DNA of 64,000 nucleotides from Mytilus trossulus (Eukaryota): NCBI RefSeq assembly GCF_036588685.1, contig NC_086380.1, positions 10,405,347 to 10,469,346 of the forward strand, read 5' to 3'. Shown piece by piece: positions 33,190 to 46,469 of this stretch (position 1 is its first letter; each line of letters starts with the position of its first letter). The notes under the pieces were generated by a model. It saw only the letters and a program-made list of their open reading frames with translations, ran no database searches and was not told where the DNA came from. The position numbers and the translations under genes were made by a program.

Positions 33190-33930
33190 CATTATGACAA
33201 TGTTTAACTTAACTTTCATTGTTATTCTACCTGCTTTATGGTCTAATGGTAGCAGGCTTCCTCAAATGGGGGAGTTCTGTGATAGGTATTTACTGCTTCT
33301 CCACTACACATACAGTGTTATTGAGTGAGAGCAAAGTCAGTTGGAGTGAAACATATCCTGCAGACTGTAAAAGCATGTATATATCTTGTTTAGAGTGTGG
33401 GCCAATAACACAGCAGGGTTTAAATTTATATCTCATTATCATGTTCCTGTCCTAAATATGCATTTAATTTTACACTGGATGTCAACCAGCCATCCATTCA
33501 TCCTATGTTGCACACAGATCCCTACTTTTCCTTTCACAAATTTGATATATATAGTTTAAAAAGCCATAATCTCAAATCTTATAAAACCCTTGTTTCAATT
33601 TAAAAGTTTTTGAAAGAAGAAAGGTACTAATGTTAAATGTTTGAAAAATTTAATGAGAATCAATTTCTGTCCAAATTTTCAATGGCTTTATATCTTATAA
33701 ACAAGGATGACAGATCTGTAACTTTTGTGTTATACATGTAAGTTCTATTATTTATATTAATTATTTTACTATCACTATATTAGAGTCTCTAAAAAAGCAT
33801 GTTATAATAGATATGAAAGAGAGTAGCAAAACCTCCTTACTTGAGTTAATATGTCTATATGTCTGCTATCTATATTTATCAACACCCTGAGTTGAGACTT
33901 ATTTACTATGTGAAACTAGTCTCAGAAGGA
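33190..33930. repeat. Dispersed repeat family copy A (about 700 bp). It matches 42040-42740.
   Basis: There are long co-linear stretches, for example ...tcatcatg.tcctgtcct.aatatgcatttaa.ttt.cactgga.gt.aa.cagcca...cacagatccctacttttc...tatagtttaaaaag.cat..ct.aaatcttataaaacccttgttt...tcaatggctttatatcttataaacaaggatg.cagat. Confidence 0.75.
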
Positions 33931-36139
33931 CCCAGGACAAATCACCCCACACCAAATCGCCTAACTACCAAATCGCCCCACTGACAAATAGCCCCACACC
34001 AAATCGCCTCACTTTTTTACCAACTCGCCTGACTTGTGAAAAAGGTTAAATCCTGTTATCTTCTCCTGCCAACTCGCCCCACGAAATGTCTGCCAACAGT
34101 GGCATTGACCATATGTTGTAAATAGTTATCAAAGGTACCGGGATTATAATTTAATATGACAGAAGCATGTTTTGTCTACATTATTAGACTCATCAGTGAC
34201 ACTCAGATCAAAATAGTTATAAAGCCAAACAAGTGAAAAATTGAAGAGCATTGAGGACCCAAAATTCCAAAAAGTTGTGCCAAATATGGCTAAGGTAATC
34301 TATTCCTGGGATAAGAAAATCCTTAGTTTTTCGAAAAATTTAAACAATTTACAGTTTTGTCAACAAAAATTTATTAAAATTACCATATAATTGATATAGC
34401 TCCCAACATTTGTATTATCGAAATTTCAAAAAAGCAGACTTATCCCTGTGATAAGTTTATTATTTATTGAGTTTTATTTTAATCCTGAAACTAAAGATAA
34501 TGTATCAAATACATAATTGATCAGATGATTACGGCTCTTTTTCGTTATAGGAAACTGAAAGAGAAATGACAGAAAACAAAGAAAACGAAGGTATTGATAA
34601 TATAACAATTAATATGGAGGCACATGGATTTTAAGCAATATATATCTTAAAGAAACATGTTATGATGGATTTAGACTTGTGTATCCATAATGCAAAAGGA
34701 GATCTTGACATTTAAGTGCTATCAATTGAATTTTATATACTGTGGATTCATTTATTTTCTTTGGTATCATGCACTTTTCTTGGATTGCTGAAAATCTGCA
34801 TATTCATGGGTATTTGATTTCGTGATTTTGCCAATGTCTGTTTATAAAGTTTATTGAAAATATGTTATTCGTTGAACATTCAATTCTTAGTTCACCTTTA
34901 CTTACGAAAAATTGGTATCCAACGAATAATAAAGAACCCACAGTATAGGAACAGAACAGAGCATATTAATTGGTACTATAAGTTCAGAAATTAGTGTGAG
35001 GTTTTCATCAATGCTTATAAGGCAAATACTCTAATATTGCAATAAGCAGTCTCATTCTTATATCTAATAGATATATTTGTTTGCAGCTTAATTCATAAAA
35101 TTACAATGATTTTACTTTTAATTTTTTTCATTCAATAAAAATTGTGATAATAAATGAATGCAATAATTTCTTAATTTATAGTAATCAGTAAAAAAAAAAA
35201 AATGTTTATTATTTCAAATGTTGCAATGAATAAACTCAAATTAAGATTCCTTTTAAATTAAAAACAAATAATTTTGCATCTTTAATTTCATACAATAATT
35301 GGTTTTGTCACCACATTGTCAAAGACATTTCAAATTCAAAACAAATTGAGAATGCGTCAAAAAAAGTTTTAGCTCCTTCCATTTTCTACTTTATTTCCAT
35401 TAAAAAGCCTACAGTCAATGTGATTAAAAGAATAATTGATCCAAAAAGTAAGGTGCTCCGAAGCAGTGACCAATCATAAGAAAATGAGGGAGCGTGGAGA
35501 TTTAAATTTAGTTAGATTGATTCAGAAATTATTACAATGTTTTTAGTATTATCAAATTTTCACAGGATAGGTTTTCTCAAAAATTATATACCTCTTAAAT
35601 TTTGATAGTGGGGAATTAACAATTTTTCAATAATCCTAAAATTTTTCCCATTAATGCTCATAAAAGAACATTTTTTATAGATAATTTTAATTTTTGATAA
35701 TATTTAATCCATGTGTTAATATTTTTTACATTTTTTTTCCATTATTTACAGACCCATCAGACTTGGGAGGAATATGGCAAGGAATTGTTAGGGTGAAGAA
35801 GAGATTGTCATTGATGGATGCATTACCTCCCTTATATGAGGTTAGCTAAGTTAAATTACCTCCCCTGCATGAAGTTTTTTGATAAATAAAGATTTACAAG
35901 TACAAGATTTATACTTGGTGTTATCCCGTGTCTAGTGTATATTTTTCCATGAAATGCTTAGAACCTGTATGAAACTTATTTTAGAACAAATTGCAAGAAC
36001 TTCAGGATACTTTGGGACTGTATTTGTGATGATTAATAATAAATCATTTCAACATTAAAGACTACAATTAGTATCAAAGCCAGTCACTCTTTCTTGACTA
36101 CATTTTATTATATACCCATTCATTTTTGGAAAGGTCAGG

Positions 36140-36700
36140 AAATTGAGACGAAATTGATTTTACAGGGAGAATTTTACAACTTGACACCATATCTTCGGTT
36201 TTCTATATATACACATTGATATTGGAAATTTTTAGCAGCATGCATGTTTCTCATGGCTGATATTTATTATGGGTTTTTTTAATACACAGAAAAAATAAGA
36301 TAATCTGTTAAAAGTGCTATTTAAGTTTAATAATAATGTGACATCGCTGACAATTTTACAACTTGATACCAGATCTATGTAACATATAAGATATAAGTAG
36401 ATGTGGTATGGGTGCCAATGAGACAACACTCCATCCAAGTCACAATTTGTGAAATTAAACCATTATAGGTCAAAGTATGGTCTTCAACAGAAACATGTTT
36501 GGTTTCACATATAATAAACATAAATGTATTTAATTTTACAAGAACAATTTTACAACTTAGAGACCAGACCTATGTATTAACATGTTGAGTTTCACATCTT
36601 ACATACATTGTATTAAATTTTACAGGGCCAATTTTACAACTTGACACCCGATCTATGTGACATGCTGGGTTTATCATACAATAGAATACATAACATTCTT
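36140..36700. repeat. Degenerate tandem repeat with a unit of about 80-120 bp containing caattttacaacttgacacc.gatctatgt.acat.
   Basis: Four successive occurrences of the (c)aattttacaacttga.acc motif at roughly 100-bp spacing. Confidence 0.55.
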
Positions 36701-37419
36701 AAGTTACAAGGACTTTATTCATTAGGTAAGAACTACATATTTCATAATTCTGAAAATAGACTACTGTGATTCATGATATAAAATTCATTTAATGATCTGA
36801 TAAACAAGGAAAACTAAAACATTCAACTTTAATAATTCCTCTTCTTAAAACTAAGAGCAATAGCTTACACCTCACTACAAGTTAGATAACTCCTATCACT
36901 GGTTTGATCATGATTTGCTGCATGTCAAGTATGTCAACATCTGTTCATGATAAAAAGAAATTTATTATTTTTGTGTCTTACATGTATATTCCTACCTACC
37001 ATCTACTTCAGGCTTCTTTTAAGTTTTATATTTGTAAAATTTTCTATTTAAAGACAGTCAACTGTCGGTAAAGGCAAACATTCAAGCAAGTTCAGCCTAT
37101 CCTGTTGTTAGTGAGTCCTCGGCACATTTTTTTACAACCCCAAACATTTTTTTGAGTTCAGATAATGCTATGATATTTTCGTCAGCCCGTCGTCTGCGTC
37201 GTCATCCAAAGACAAATTTGGTTTCTAGACAATAACTTTAGTTAAAAGACAGATATGATTTCTGCCACACTTTTGTCATAATGGCCAATCAGCTCATGAT
37301 GGTGACTCTAAAATTTCTTGAGTGATGACCTTAATCTGATTGATTCATAGCCCTGTCTTAGCAACTTTAGGAAAGCAGTATTACTCGTTTAACAAAATCA
37401 GCATACTTTGAGCTAGCTC

Positions 37420-37870
37420 TAGTGTAATGTATCAATTGAGACACATATACTCCATATACTGGTGCAGTTGGAAATCAATCTCTTTGAAATTTAAAAAAAA
37501 GTTTCAATACCACAAAAGGAAGGTTGTGATTGATATAGAGGGTGATGGTATCAACAGTTTAGAAATTGGGGACCAAAAAGGGGCAAAAACTATCATTTTT
37601 GTAGCTTCAGGACAATAACTTGTGTATGAGTGTATAGATCTCTCTGAATTTGTATCACAAGGTACCATATCGCAAAGGGAAGGCTGGGTTTCAATATTGG
37701 CCTATTGTCCTAACGAAGCAGGAATATGGGGGCAAATAAGGGCAAAAAACAAACATTTTTTCTAGTTTCAAGACAATAACTTGTTCTTAAGTGAATGAAT
37801 CTCTCTAGAATTGTACTACAAGAATCCATACCACAAAGGGTAGGCTGGGATTGTGTGTTTTGGAGTAATC
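37420..37870. repeat. Tandem duplication of about 170 bp, roughly 2.5 copies (...ataccacaaagg.aaggctggg...ggcaaa.ac.atcatttttgtagcttcaggacaataacttgt...).
   Basis: Directly visible repetition of ccacaaaggaaggttgtg / tcgcaaagggaaggctggg / ccacaaagggtaggctggg blocks, each followed by caagacaataacttgt. Confidence 0.6.
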
Positions 37871-38327
37871 TTTCCTTGATTTGTTTTCTTGGGGTGGGTC
37901 ATATTTATTTGCTTCAAAATTTATAAAATTTCAATTTTTTAAAAAGTTTCAAGAAATATCTTAAAGTGATTTTTAAAACCTTTTACCACATTTGTTTTTC
38001 TTAAAAAACCTTCATAATGCAAAAACTTGACCACAAGCCAATTTCAGACAGCATTAATTTTAAATATTATGTCCATACTTGCCCCCACTGTTCAGGGTTT
38101 GACCTCTGCGGCCGTATCAGACCGTATTCATCAAAGCATTTTATTATATAGAATTTAACCAAACAATATTAGCCCTTAAAGGAAAATACATTTAACCCTA
38201 TTATAGGTGTTGACCCAGCTTTCCAATGAAGAAACTATGTTGTAGACTTGTCATTAATGAAGGTAAATAGTTTGGTTTTTCCCCTAAAAATTTGAATTAA
38301 TTTGTTTATTTATTTGCAGGTATCAGT

Positions 38328-38642
38328 GTGCAGCTATTAGGAGAAAGAGTACTTGCATCAATCTTTATCTTTATATTCTTAATAGATGAATATGCAATTA
38401 TACACAAGACAATGATCCCAGAAGTCATGATTACCCATGATGCATCTGATCATGCTGTCAATTTTAAAATCCTGTACAAAGGAAAATCTCAAAATGTGAA
38501 ACTTGCAAAGAAAGAACTTGTTATTGTTTATAAGTGGTTAAAACAAATGAAAAAGGAACACTCAAATCTCATCAGAGATTTAGAACTTGGGAAGAGTGTG
38601 GAAGATTTCTTACGTAACTTGTATTTTGCATGTAAAATTTAA
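38328..38642 (+). other. Isolated 104-codon ORF downstream of the clathrin N-terminal exons. It is followed by an AT-rich region with AATAAA-like signals. Its status is uncertain: a terminal exon of a truncated transcript, a degenerate pseudo-exon, or a chance ORF.
   Basis: The listed ORF is 38328..38642. The upstream tttgcag (38313-38319) is a possible acceptor. Only a weak, unconvincing resemblance to the clathrin blade-2 segment (LY.K.....V.....V..YKWL). Confidence 0.2.
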
Positions 38643-39229
38643 ATGTCATGTCAATGAAGTAAAAATTAAAATGAACTGAAGACTTTAAAAGACATGTGCA
38701 GTTATGATTGATTGATTGATGTTTGTTTAACGCCACCTTATCACACAAAGGCTACACTGCTGCTGTGTGCAGTTGATGATGCATACAAATACAGTACTAG
38801 TAGTTCAAAAAGAATATATTGCTGCATCCTTAAGATAAGCAACTTAATAAAAAAAAAATCTGAATATTTGTATTAATTATTACCTTCTGTAGTATTGTAA
38901 TAATAACCATAAAATTTTTGAGTAATTTTTATTTAATTCTGTGATATGTACAGTACATGATATGTGATTTTATATTATTTATACATTAATACATTTAAAT
39001 TTGATCTTTTAATGAAATAAACAATTATGTGATATGTGATAAATTATACATTAATCTTTTAATAAAATATGCAAGTAATTGAACTCTTGTCAGTTTCTGG
39101 TTATGTCTTATGACATTGTTCTTGCTTAATCTATGAACTATGATCTTTAACCAAGCCAAACAACCAAGAGTGCCACCATGACTAAAAAAAGAACATATGG
39201 GTAAAATGTTGATCATTGCTAAAACCAAA

Positions 39230-40300
39230 TCATTTACAGAAGGTGCAAAATTGTTAATCAGGTCAAGATATATCTGAAATCTTCAGACAAATCGTACAAT
39301 CCTTTGTTGGATTGCTGCCCCTAAATCGGTTATTGTCAAGAAATTTTGCAATTTTTGGTTTTAACAATAACAATGTATTTTGAATATTATTATAGATAGA
39401 GATCAACTGTAAGCAGCAATAATGTTCAGCAAAGTAAGATTTACAAATAATTCAACATGACCAATAGGGTCAATTGACCCTTTAAGGAGTTATGGTCCTG
39501 TATAGTAAATGTTTAACAAATTTTTGTAAACTCTTATAATCTTACAAAAATCTCCTTCTCTGAAACTACCAAGACAAATTTAACCAAACTTGGTCAAAAT
39601 CATTATTAGGATATCTTGTTTACAAAAAGACTGATGACACCATCTGCTAACCAATATGGTCGACATGGCTCAAAATAGAACATAGTTGTAAAATGCAGTT
39701 GATGGATGATATAACTGAAACTAAAGTATTCAGAGCAAATTTAAAAATTGGTACAAATGTTCATCAGGTCAAAATTTATCTGTCCTGAAATATTTAGACG
39801 AACCTGATAAGCTGGTGTTGGGTTGCTACCATTAAATTAGTAATCTTAATGAAATTTTGCAGTTTTAAATTATTATCTTGAATATTATTATAGATGGAGA
39901 TAAACAGTTATTAGCAACAATTTTTTCAACAAATTAAGATCTACAAATAAATCAAACTAACAAATTGGTCAATTGACACCATAAGGAATTTTTCATAAAT
40001 TTTTGTAGTCTTTTACAAATTAAAGTCTTCTCCTGAAACAACTGAGACAAGTTTTACCAAACCTGACCACAATAAGCATTTGGGTATCTAGTGTAAATAT
40101 GTGTCCGGTGACCCTGTCTGCCTATCAACATGGTCGACCAAGCTTATATAGAATAGAGGAGAAACATGTAGTTTTTGTTTAATATCTCTGAAACTAAAGC
40201 AAAAGTATAATGGGTACATTATTTCATGCATTAATTGTAAAACAAAATATCAGGTGGGCGACACAGGTTCCTTGGAGCCTGTAATTAAGATCTACACAGT
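39230..40300. repeat. Two tandem copies of a roughly 530-bp repeat (...aatattattatagat.gagata.a..gtta..agcaa.aat.ttcagcaaa.taagat.tacaaataa.tca...ggtcaattgac.c...).
   Basis: Copy 1 is at about 39230-39760 and copy 2 at about 39760-40300. They are co-linear with roughly 80-85 percent identity by eye. Confidence 0.75.
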
Positions 40301-41229
40301 TTTCAGTTTTAACATTGAACAACCATAACTGTTGTCAATAATGCGAGAAAGATTTCGGAAATATAGCTAGATGTAGAGGGGGAACACTCAAAAAACATAA
40401 AACTTCTGGGTATGTAATGATGTAAAATTGCCCAAAACATTGTTAATCCTGGACAGCTTAAACATTGAATAATACATTTCACTTGTGTGGATTTTATTCC
40501 CCCTGCTTTTGTAAATCCTTTATCTGGTCCAAATTACTATACCTTACATTTTAAAACATTGGAAACATTAGGAGTCCAAACATATGGACAAAAAGTCACT
40601 TGTGTGGAGGTCTATGGAGATCCATTATATGTTAACCCTGATGCATTTCGTTTCTTATTTTGTTCATGCATGGTTAGCCGTGTTAGACTTAGCTGTACTT
40701 TTTGTTTTATGTACAAACCCACTTTGTTGTTGGCAAATTTTTTATACTTGAGTTCAAGCAGAACTTCACTGATGACTGCGTAAGACAGAGACCGGTACAG
40801 AAGCTCTCAAAATACATATTCGATGAACTATTGTTTTATTCAATATGGATTTTGTATGGTCAAATTTGGAATACGAAAACGTATAACCAAAATATCAACT
40901 CAGATGCAAATTTATAAGTTGAGTTTGTGAGTCACCAGTTCATTTTACACACCCAGAACATCAAGAAAAATTATTAAAATTTAACTGTCGAGAGTGGATA
41001 AACATCGTTTCACACTAAATTTGGTGATGGTATATGTTTCTCTAATGATTTTAGACGATATGCAAGCAATCTTAATCAGTCATTTTTACTTGTAAAATGA
41101 TGTATTCTTTCTTCATGACGTCTCATGCATGGCTGCCGTTTTAGCACAACTGGACCATGGGGCCAAGTGAGCTTTTCTCATCACCCGGTGTCCGGCGTCA
41201 TTTACCGTCGTCGTTATTTTTTCCAAAAA

Positions 41230-41760
41230 TCTACTCTGAAACTGCTTGGCCAAAGCATTTAGAGCAAATCTGGCAAGGGTGAAATCGTTTATTAAGTCAA
41301 TTTCTATCTGCCGTGAAATGTTCAGATCAATTGGACAACTTGGTGGATCGCTGCAATTTTGAAGTTTTTGGTAATTGCCTTGAATACTTTTATAGATAGA
41401 GATAAATTGTTAACTGCAATAATATTCAGCAAAGTAAGATCTACAAATAAGTCAGCATGACCAAAATGGTAAATTGACCCCTTCAGGAGTTATTGCCCTT
41501 CAAAGTCAATGTTTAACGATTCTCATTTATTTGGCAATTTGTTGTTCAAAATATTTTCCTCTGTAACTAATGGGTCAAGTTTATTATAGATAGGGAAAAT
41601 TGTAAGTAGCAAGAATGTTCAGTAAAGTACGATCTTCAAACACATCATCACCAAAACACAATTTTGTCATGAATCCATCTGTGTTCTTTGTTTAATATGC
41701 ACATAGACCAAGGTGAGCGACACAGGCTCGTAAGAGCCTCTAGTTTCGTTATGTTACAAT
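41230..41760. repeat. Third copy of the 530-bp repeat family.
   Basis: It shares ...tttatagatagagataaattgttaactgcaataatattcagcaaagtaagatctacaaataagtcagcatgaccaaaatggtaaattgacccc... and the terminal ggtgagcgacacaggctc motif (compare ggtgggcgacacaggttcc at 40252). Confidence 0.7.
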
Positions 41761-42039
41761 AGGAATTGCAATAGGAAAGCAAGAATATCTGACGTCATAA
41801 GGGAATTTAGATAAGGAAGAACTAATCATATCAACCGAACCACACGTTGATTTAATAGAAACATCAACAGGTCAGGAAAGGAATAAATGGAATACGAATT
41901 AGAGAAACCAATGTATCTACATAAGGTAATTGAAATAATCACAAGCACATACTCATTATTAATGATAGACAAAGTTAAAGAATGACTATACATCACATGT
42001 GTCAACCCGGTAAGGTTTATTATGGAGTCTTTATGACTG

Positions 42040-42740
42040 TATAACTTTCATTACTATGCTACCTCCCCTGTGAACTCGTGGTAGGGTGATCACCTTAAGA
42101 GTGACAGTGTATTGGTATTTATACACAACTTCCCATGCCGCGTTTAGGAGTAAAAGAGTATGGAGATATGCCTTGGTGCAGACTGGTTCCTTGTGAGCAA
42201 GCATGTTTGTATCCTTATCATCATGAGAACAATTTCAAAGCAGGATTTAAATTCATATCTCATCATCATGCTCCTGTCCTGAATATGCATTTAAATTTCC
42301 ACTGGACGTTAATCAGCCACACACCATCTTTTCCCTACTAACATTATGCCAAATATTGCACACAGATCCCTACTTTTCTTTTTCAAAATTTGATACATAT
42401 AGTTTAAAAAGTCATTCCTGAAATCTTATAAAACCCTTGTTTTTATTTTTTTAGGTTTTGAAAGAAAAAAGGTACCAATGTTAAATGTTTGAAACATTTA
42501 GCAAGAATCAATTTCTGTCAAATTATCAATGGCTTTATATCTTATAAACAAGGATGGCAGATTGTTCAGTTCTGTTATTTATATTATCACTATATTACAG
42601 TCTGTTAATTGAGAGAGAGTAGTAAACATCCTTAATTATGATAACCTGTCTGCTATCTATATTTCATGCTATTATGACCTTTACTTGAACACCGTGACCT
42701 GAGAATACTTTGTTAAACAGGTCTCAGAAGAAAGCAGGAC
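42040..42740. repeat. Dispersed repeat family copy B (partner of 33190-33930).
   Basis: See copy A. The similarity extends over several hundred bp in the same orientation. Confidence 0.75.
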
Positions 42741-44519
42741 AAATATCCACTCTGACATTTGGCGAGTTAATAAAAAAATTGGGGTGATTATGTGTTGGGC
42801 GTTTTGCCACCGTGGCGATCTGTTATGGATTCTCTCAGAATTCATCTATACACTATTTCATCTACTTCTATATTCAAAATGTATGCAGTAGTTTAGATAT
42901 ATTCAATGATTGAAGGCATATTGATCTTATACTGTGAAGTGAAATGATTTATTGACTCTAAAACTATACAACTATGTACATCATTATTATAATAAAATTA
43001 TGCATGCTGTCAAGTTAAATGATTTATTGACTTTAAGGTGGTACCAACCATCTTCAAGTTGACTAAAATGAATTTAGCTAGTTTATTTTTCATAAAATTT
43101 TGACAAAATATTTACTCTGACTCTTTGACAAAAATTGAAAAAAAACTTGAACCTCACACTGTATTGAAAAAAAATCATTAGATTAATAGTGAGTTTGACA
43201 AACACTATTTTTGATCATTGAGAGGCTTTATATTTCATAACAATAGAACGGGATTAAAATATTTAGCTGATTTTTAGGCAGTTAAGCTGCCTTATGCGAG
43301 CACCCTGGATTTGTGTGCTACCCAATAAATGCTGAAATACGTGCCATTGTTATCATCTAGCTTGCTACTATATTATTTGTAACTTATTGGACAGTTTTTT
43401 ATACTTTTCATTCTGGATTACAAAAAATATGACCAGAAATACCTTAAATGATCGTCGATTTTCCCAAAAGTTTTGAAGTTGCACATAGGAAGTAGAGCAC
43501 ATTAGGAATCCTTAGGTAGTTTATTATCCCCTGAGCTTTTGGCTAAGATGTCTAGGAACAAATGTATGAAATATCTAATCGCCGAAAATCTCTAAAGACA
43601 AGTAGTTAAGATTTCCAAAATTGTAAAAGTCGTAGGAATATTGTTTGTCGTCAATACGTAGTCAACTACGTATACAAGTTCAACTGATCACGCTGTTGGC
43701 GGCAATTTTGAATTTAAAAGAAGAAGAAATTTTCGTATCTTTTCAATTTGGACACAGGGGTTCAAATTAGCGGTGGTCCGAGGTCTGCGACCTTCCACTT
43801 ATGCAGTCGGACTTTCTACTTGGTTACTAGCTACGCACGACATGCCCGACGGACCTTAAAAAAGATAAAAAAAAATAACTTTGCAAACATTTTTACCAAA
43901 GTTTCCTAATAAACGATCTCAAACATATTTTCATCATTACTATTCATGACAGCGATGTTCAATTTGTTCAACCGCTAGCTTTATACATAAAATCGCCTAT
44001 AAATAATGTGTAAATCCGAGTAAAATCGTATCTCACTATCTGTCAAAAACAACATTGAAAGCAAAATGGCTGCCGCGAGATAACAATATCGGATCCGATT
44101 CCGGAAGCGGATAAGGGTAATCCCGGATTTGGCTACTAAAAAAATCCAGACAGGTACCAAAATACATTTATGCATATATGCATGGTAAATAACTATAAAC
44201 ATTAGAATTGAAAACAAAAAGACATATAAAAGAAAGAAAAAACCGAAAATATTTTGTACACCAATTTTAATGTGAAAATCCTATAAATTGTGACAGCTGG
44301 GAACAGTTTATCTAAAAATATATGTTCCTGGTAACAGTATAATTTTTTTTTATCAGTGATAAATGTTGGTAATGCATGTAAAATGCTTTTCAAGTTGAAC
44401 ATATTACTGCAATTTCAAGGGGTATTTTTTTCTTCTCAATTTTGATAGGTCAGTTAAAATAGCTGGAAGTTTCTTATGTAAATAAAAAAGATGTGGTATG
44501 ATTGCCAATGTGACAACTA

Positions 44520-45340
44520 TCCACAAGAGTAGAAAATTACCCAAACTTGGTAACGGTCAAGATCCCCACCCTAAACCATATATATTCATGTATGGGACAA
44601 TATAACAAATCATATGAAATATAGGTGGAGTTCTAGGGGCCACTCTACCCCTTTCTGTTTGAGAATTTATACTGGATGATGGTAAAGATCCACAATCTTA
44701 AACAATATATATATTTATGTATGGGACAATATTTCAAATCAAATGAATTATAAGGGGGTCCCTATGGTCACTGTTCACCCTCATGTATAAGACTATATAA
44801 CAAATCAAATGAAATATAGGGGAAGTCCCTGTTGTCACCCTACCCCTCATGTTGAAGAACTTTGAAAAAGTTGGGATCCCCAACTCTAAATTAAATTAAA
44901 TATAGGGGGAGTCCCTGGAGTCACCTGATTGAGAAATTGGAAACAGTCGAGATCCCCACCTTTAAACTGAACCATATATATTTATGTATGAGAACTAATC
45001 AAATGAAATATAGGGAGAGTCCTTAGGGTCATCCTACCCACTCCTGTTTGATAACTTAGAAACAGATGAGATCCCAACCCCTCAACCATATATATTCATG
45101 TATTGGACAATATAACAAATCGAATTAAATATAGGGGAAGTCACTGGGGTCCCCACCCCTTCTGTGTGAAAACTTGATAACAGCCGAGATCCCCACCCAT
45201 AAACCATATATATTCATATATGGGACAATATATAAAATCAAATGAAAAATAGGGGTAGTCCCTAGGGTCACACCACACCCTCTTTGAGAACTTGTAAAAG
45301 ATTGAGATACCAACGCCTAAACCATATTCATTCCTGTTTG
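44520..45340. repeat. Satellite-like tandem repeat with a unit of about 125-130 bp and about 6 copies (...gagatccccacc..taaaccatatatattcatgtatgggacaatataacaaatca.atgaaatatagggg.agtccctagggtcac...).
   Basis: The periodicity is directly visible. The listed minus ORFs 45125..45422 are translations of the repeat. Confidence 0.85.
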
Positions 45341-45719
45341 TCATTTCAAAAAAGATTGAATGACATACAAGGTCAATCTCATTTGCGACACATATGCATA
45401 TCACTTTGCTAGACCCTAGCACCTGTCATTTTATTCCAAACTTAGACATCATGGACTTGGGGTGAAGGTGGAGTTATTTACATTTGCTATGGACAGGTCA
45501 GTCAGACCTCACCATTGATCCCTGTAGTAGTAAACATTTGTCTGATTTGTGTCTCATAACTTTTGTACTGTACAACACAAACTCAGTTTTCTTTCCAGGG
45601 AAGCAAGTCCATTCATACTTTTACAAGCTCGTACTAAAGTCATCTTGAACTACTAACATTCAACTAATACGAACAATTACGATCAACTAGAAGAACTGCA
45701 ATCATTGAAAATTTGTACC

Positions 45720-45900
45720 ACTGCTGACTCATGAAAGACTCATAGGCGAGTGACTTATTTCAAAAAGACGCTTAGTTAACGACTTTAATGCACCCACCTA
45801 ACACACGGCTGTATTATATATCATTCGAAAGCTGATAATCTGTACTTTCTGATTTGCCCGGTGCATTTTCTGTTAAATCAAGGTCAAAGGTCATGAAAAA
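45720..45900 (+). repeat. Left arm of a roughly 180-bp inverted repeat pair, partner of 49860-50045.
   Basis: atgaaagactcataggcgagtgactt...ttaatgcacccacctaacacacggctgtattatatatcat...tttgcccggtgcattttctgttaaatcaaggtcaaaggtcatg is the reverse complement of 49860-50045. Confidence 0.8.
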
Positions 45901-46469
45901 AAAATCCAATTTTTACGATTATTAAATAAAACGCTATTTTCTTATTCTTGTACCCTCAATTTTTTCAAAAGATCATATGAACTTTATGGAACATGATACA
46001 TAATTTCCAAATTAAACAAAAAATAAGAAATTCGATGCGCAAAATTTCCCGAAAATTGAAATTTTTCACAAATCCTAAAAAAATGATTTTTTTTTCAAAA
46101 AGTAAAATATAGCTTTGGGAATCGATATTTGTATGCTAAAAAATAGACTAATGTATATATTTTAGGTCAACTAATATTTGTTTTGTAATTTTAAGATGTT
46201 ATTGTTTATTTTTGTTCGTGGAACAGCCTTCTATTGAAGTGTTTGCAGTTGCCCAAAAATCTACCATCTTCAAATAGCGATCATTTTGTTAATTTATGTT
46301 AAAATAGCACATCGCTAATTGAGAATATCAGGGAGGAGAATGAGATTTCTTAATAAAAGAAGAGATATTGAAAGTTAGAACATAATACATATGCGAGGTA
46401 ATTGAGGTTAAACTGTTTTTAACTGAGTCAAACTTTTTTACTTTTTGTAATTATGTTTAAATGCAAACA

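Noticed and set aside
34548-35848. Two splice-compatible, in-phase mini-exons, 34548-34600 and 35758-35848, that could extend the clathrin N-terminal exons.
   Set aside because: They have no similarity to clathrin or anything else I recognise. At this AT content, short open stretches with AG/GT flanks are common. They are mentioned only as candidates under the clathrin finding.
38328-38642. A possible diverged duplicate of clathrin blade 2 (pattern LY.K....V.....V..YKWL).
   Set aside because: The resemblance rests on a handful of positions and would not survive a statistical test. It is kept only as a low-confidence feature of unknown status.
43680-43860. A GC-richer patch (ggttcaaattagcggtggtccgaggtctgcgaccttccacttatgcagtcggac...) that looked like a possible small structured RNA.
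   Set aside because: It has no recognisable snRNA or tRNA boxes (no Sm site, U1/U2 5-prime motifs or A/B boxes), and it lies within repeat-rich DNA.
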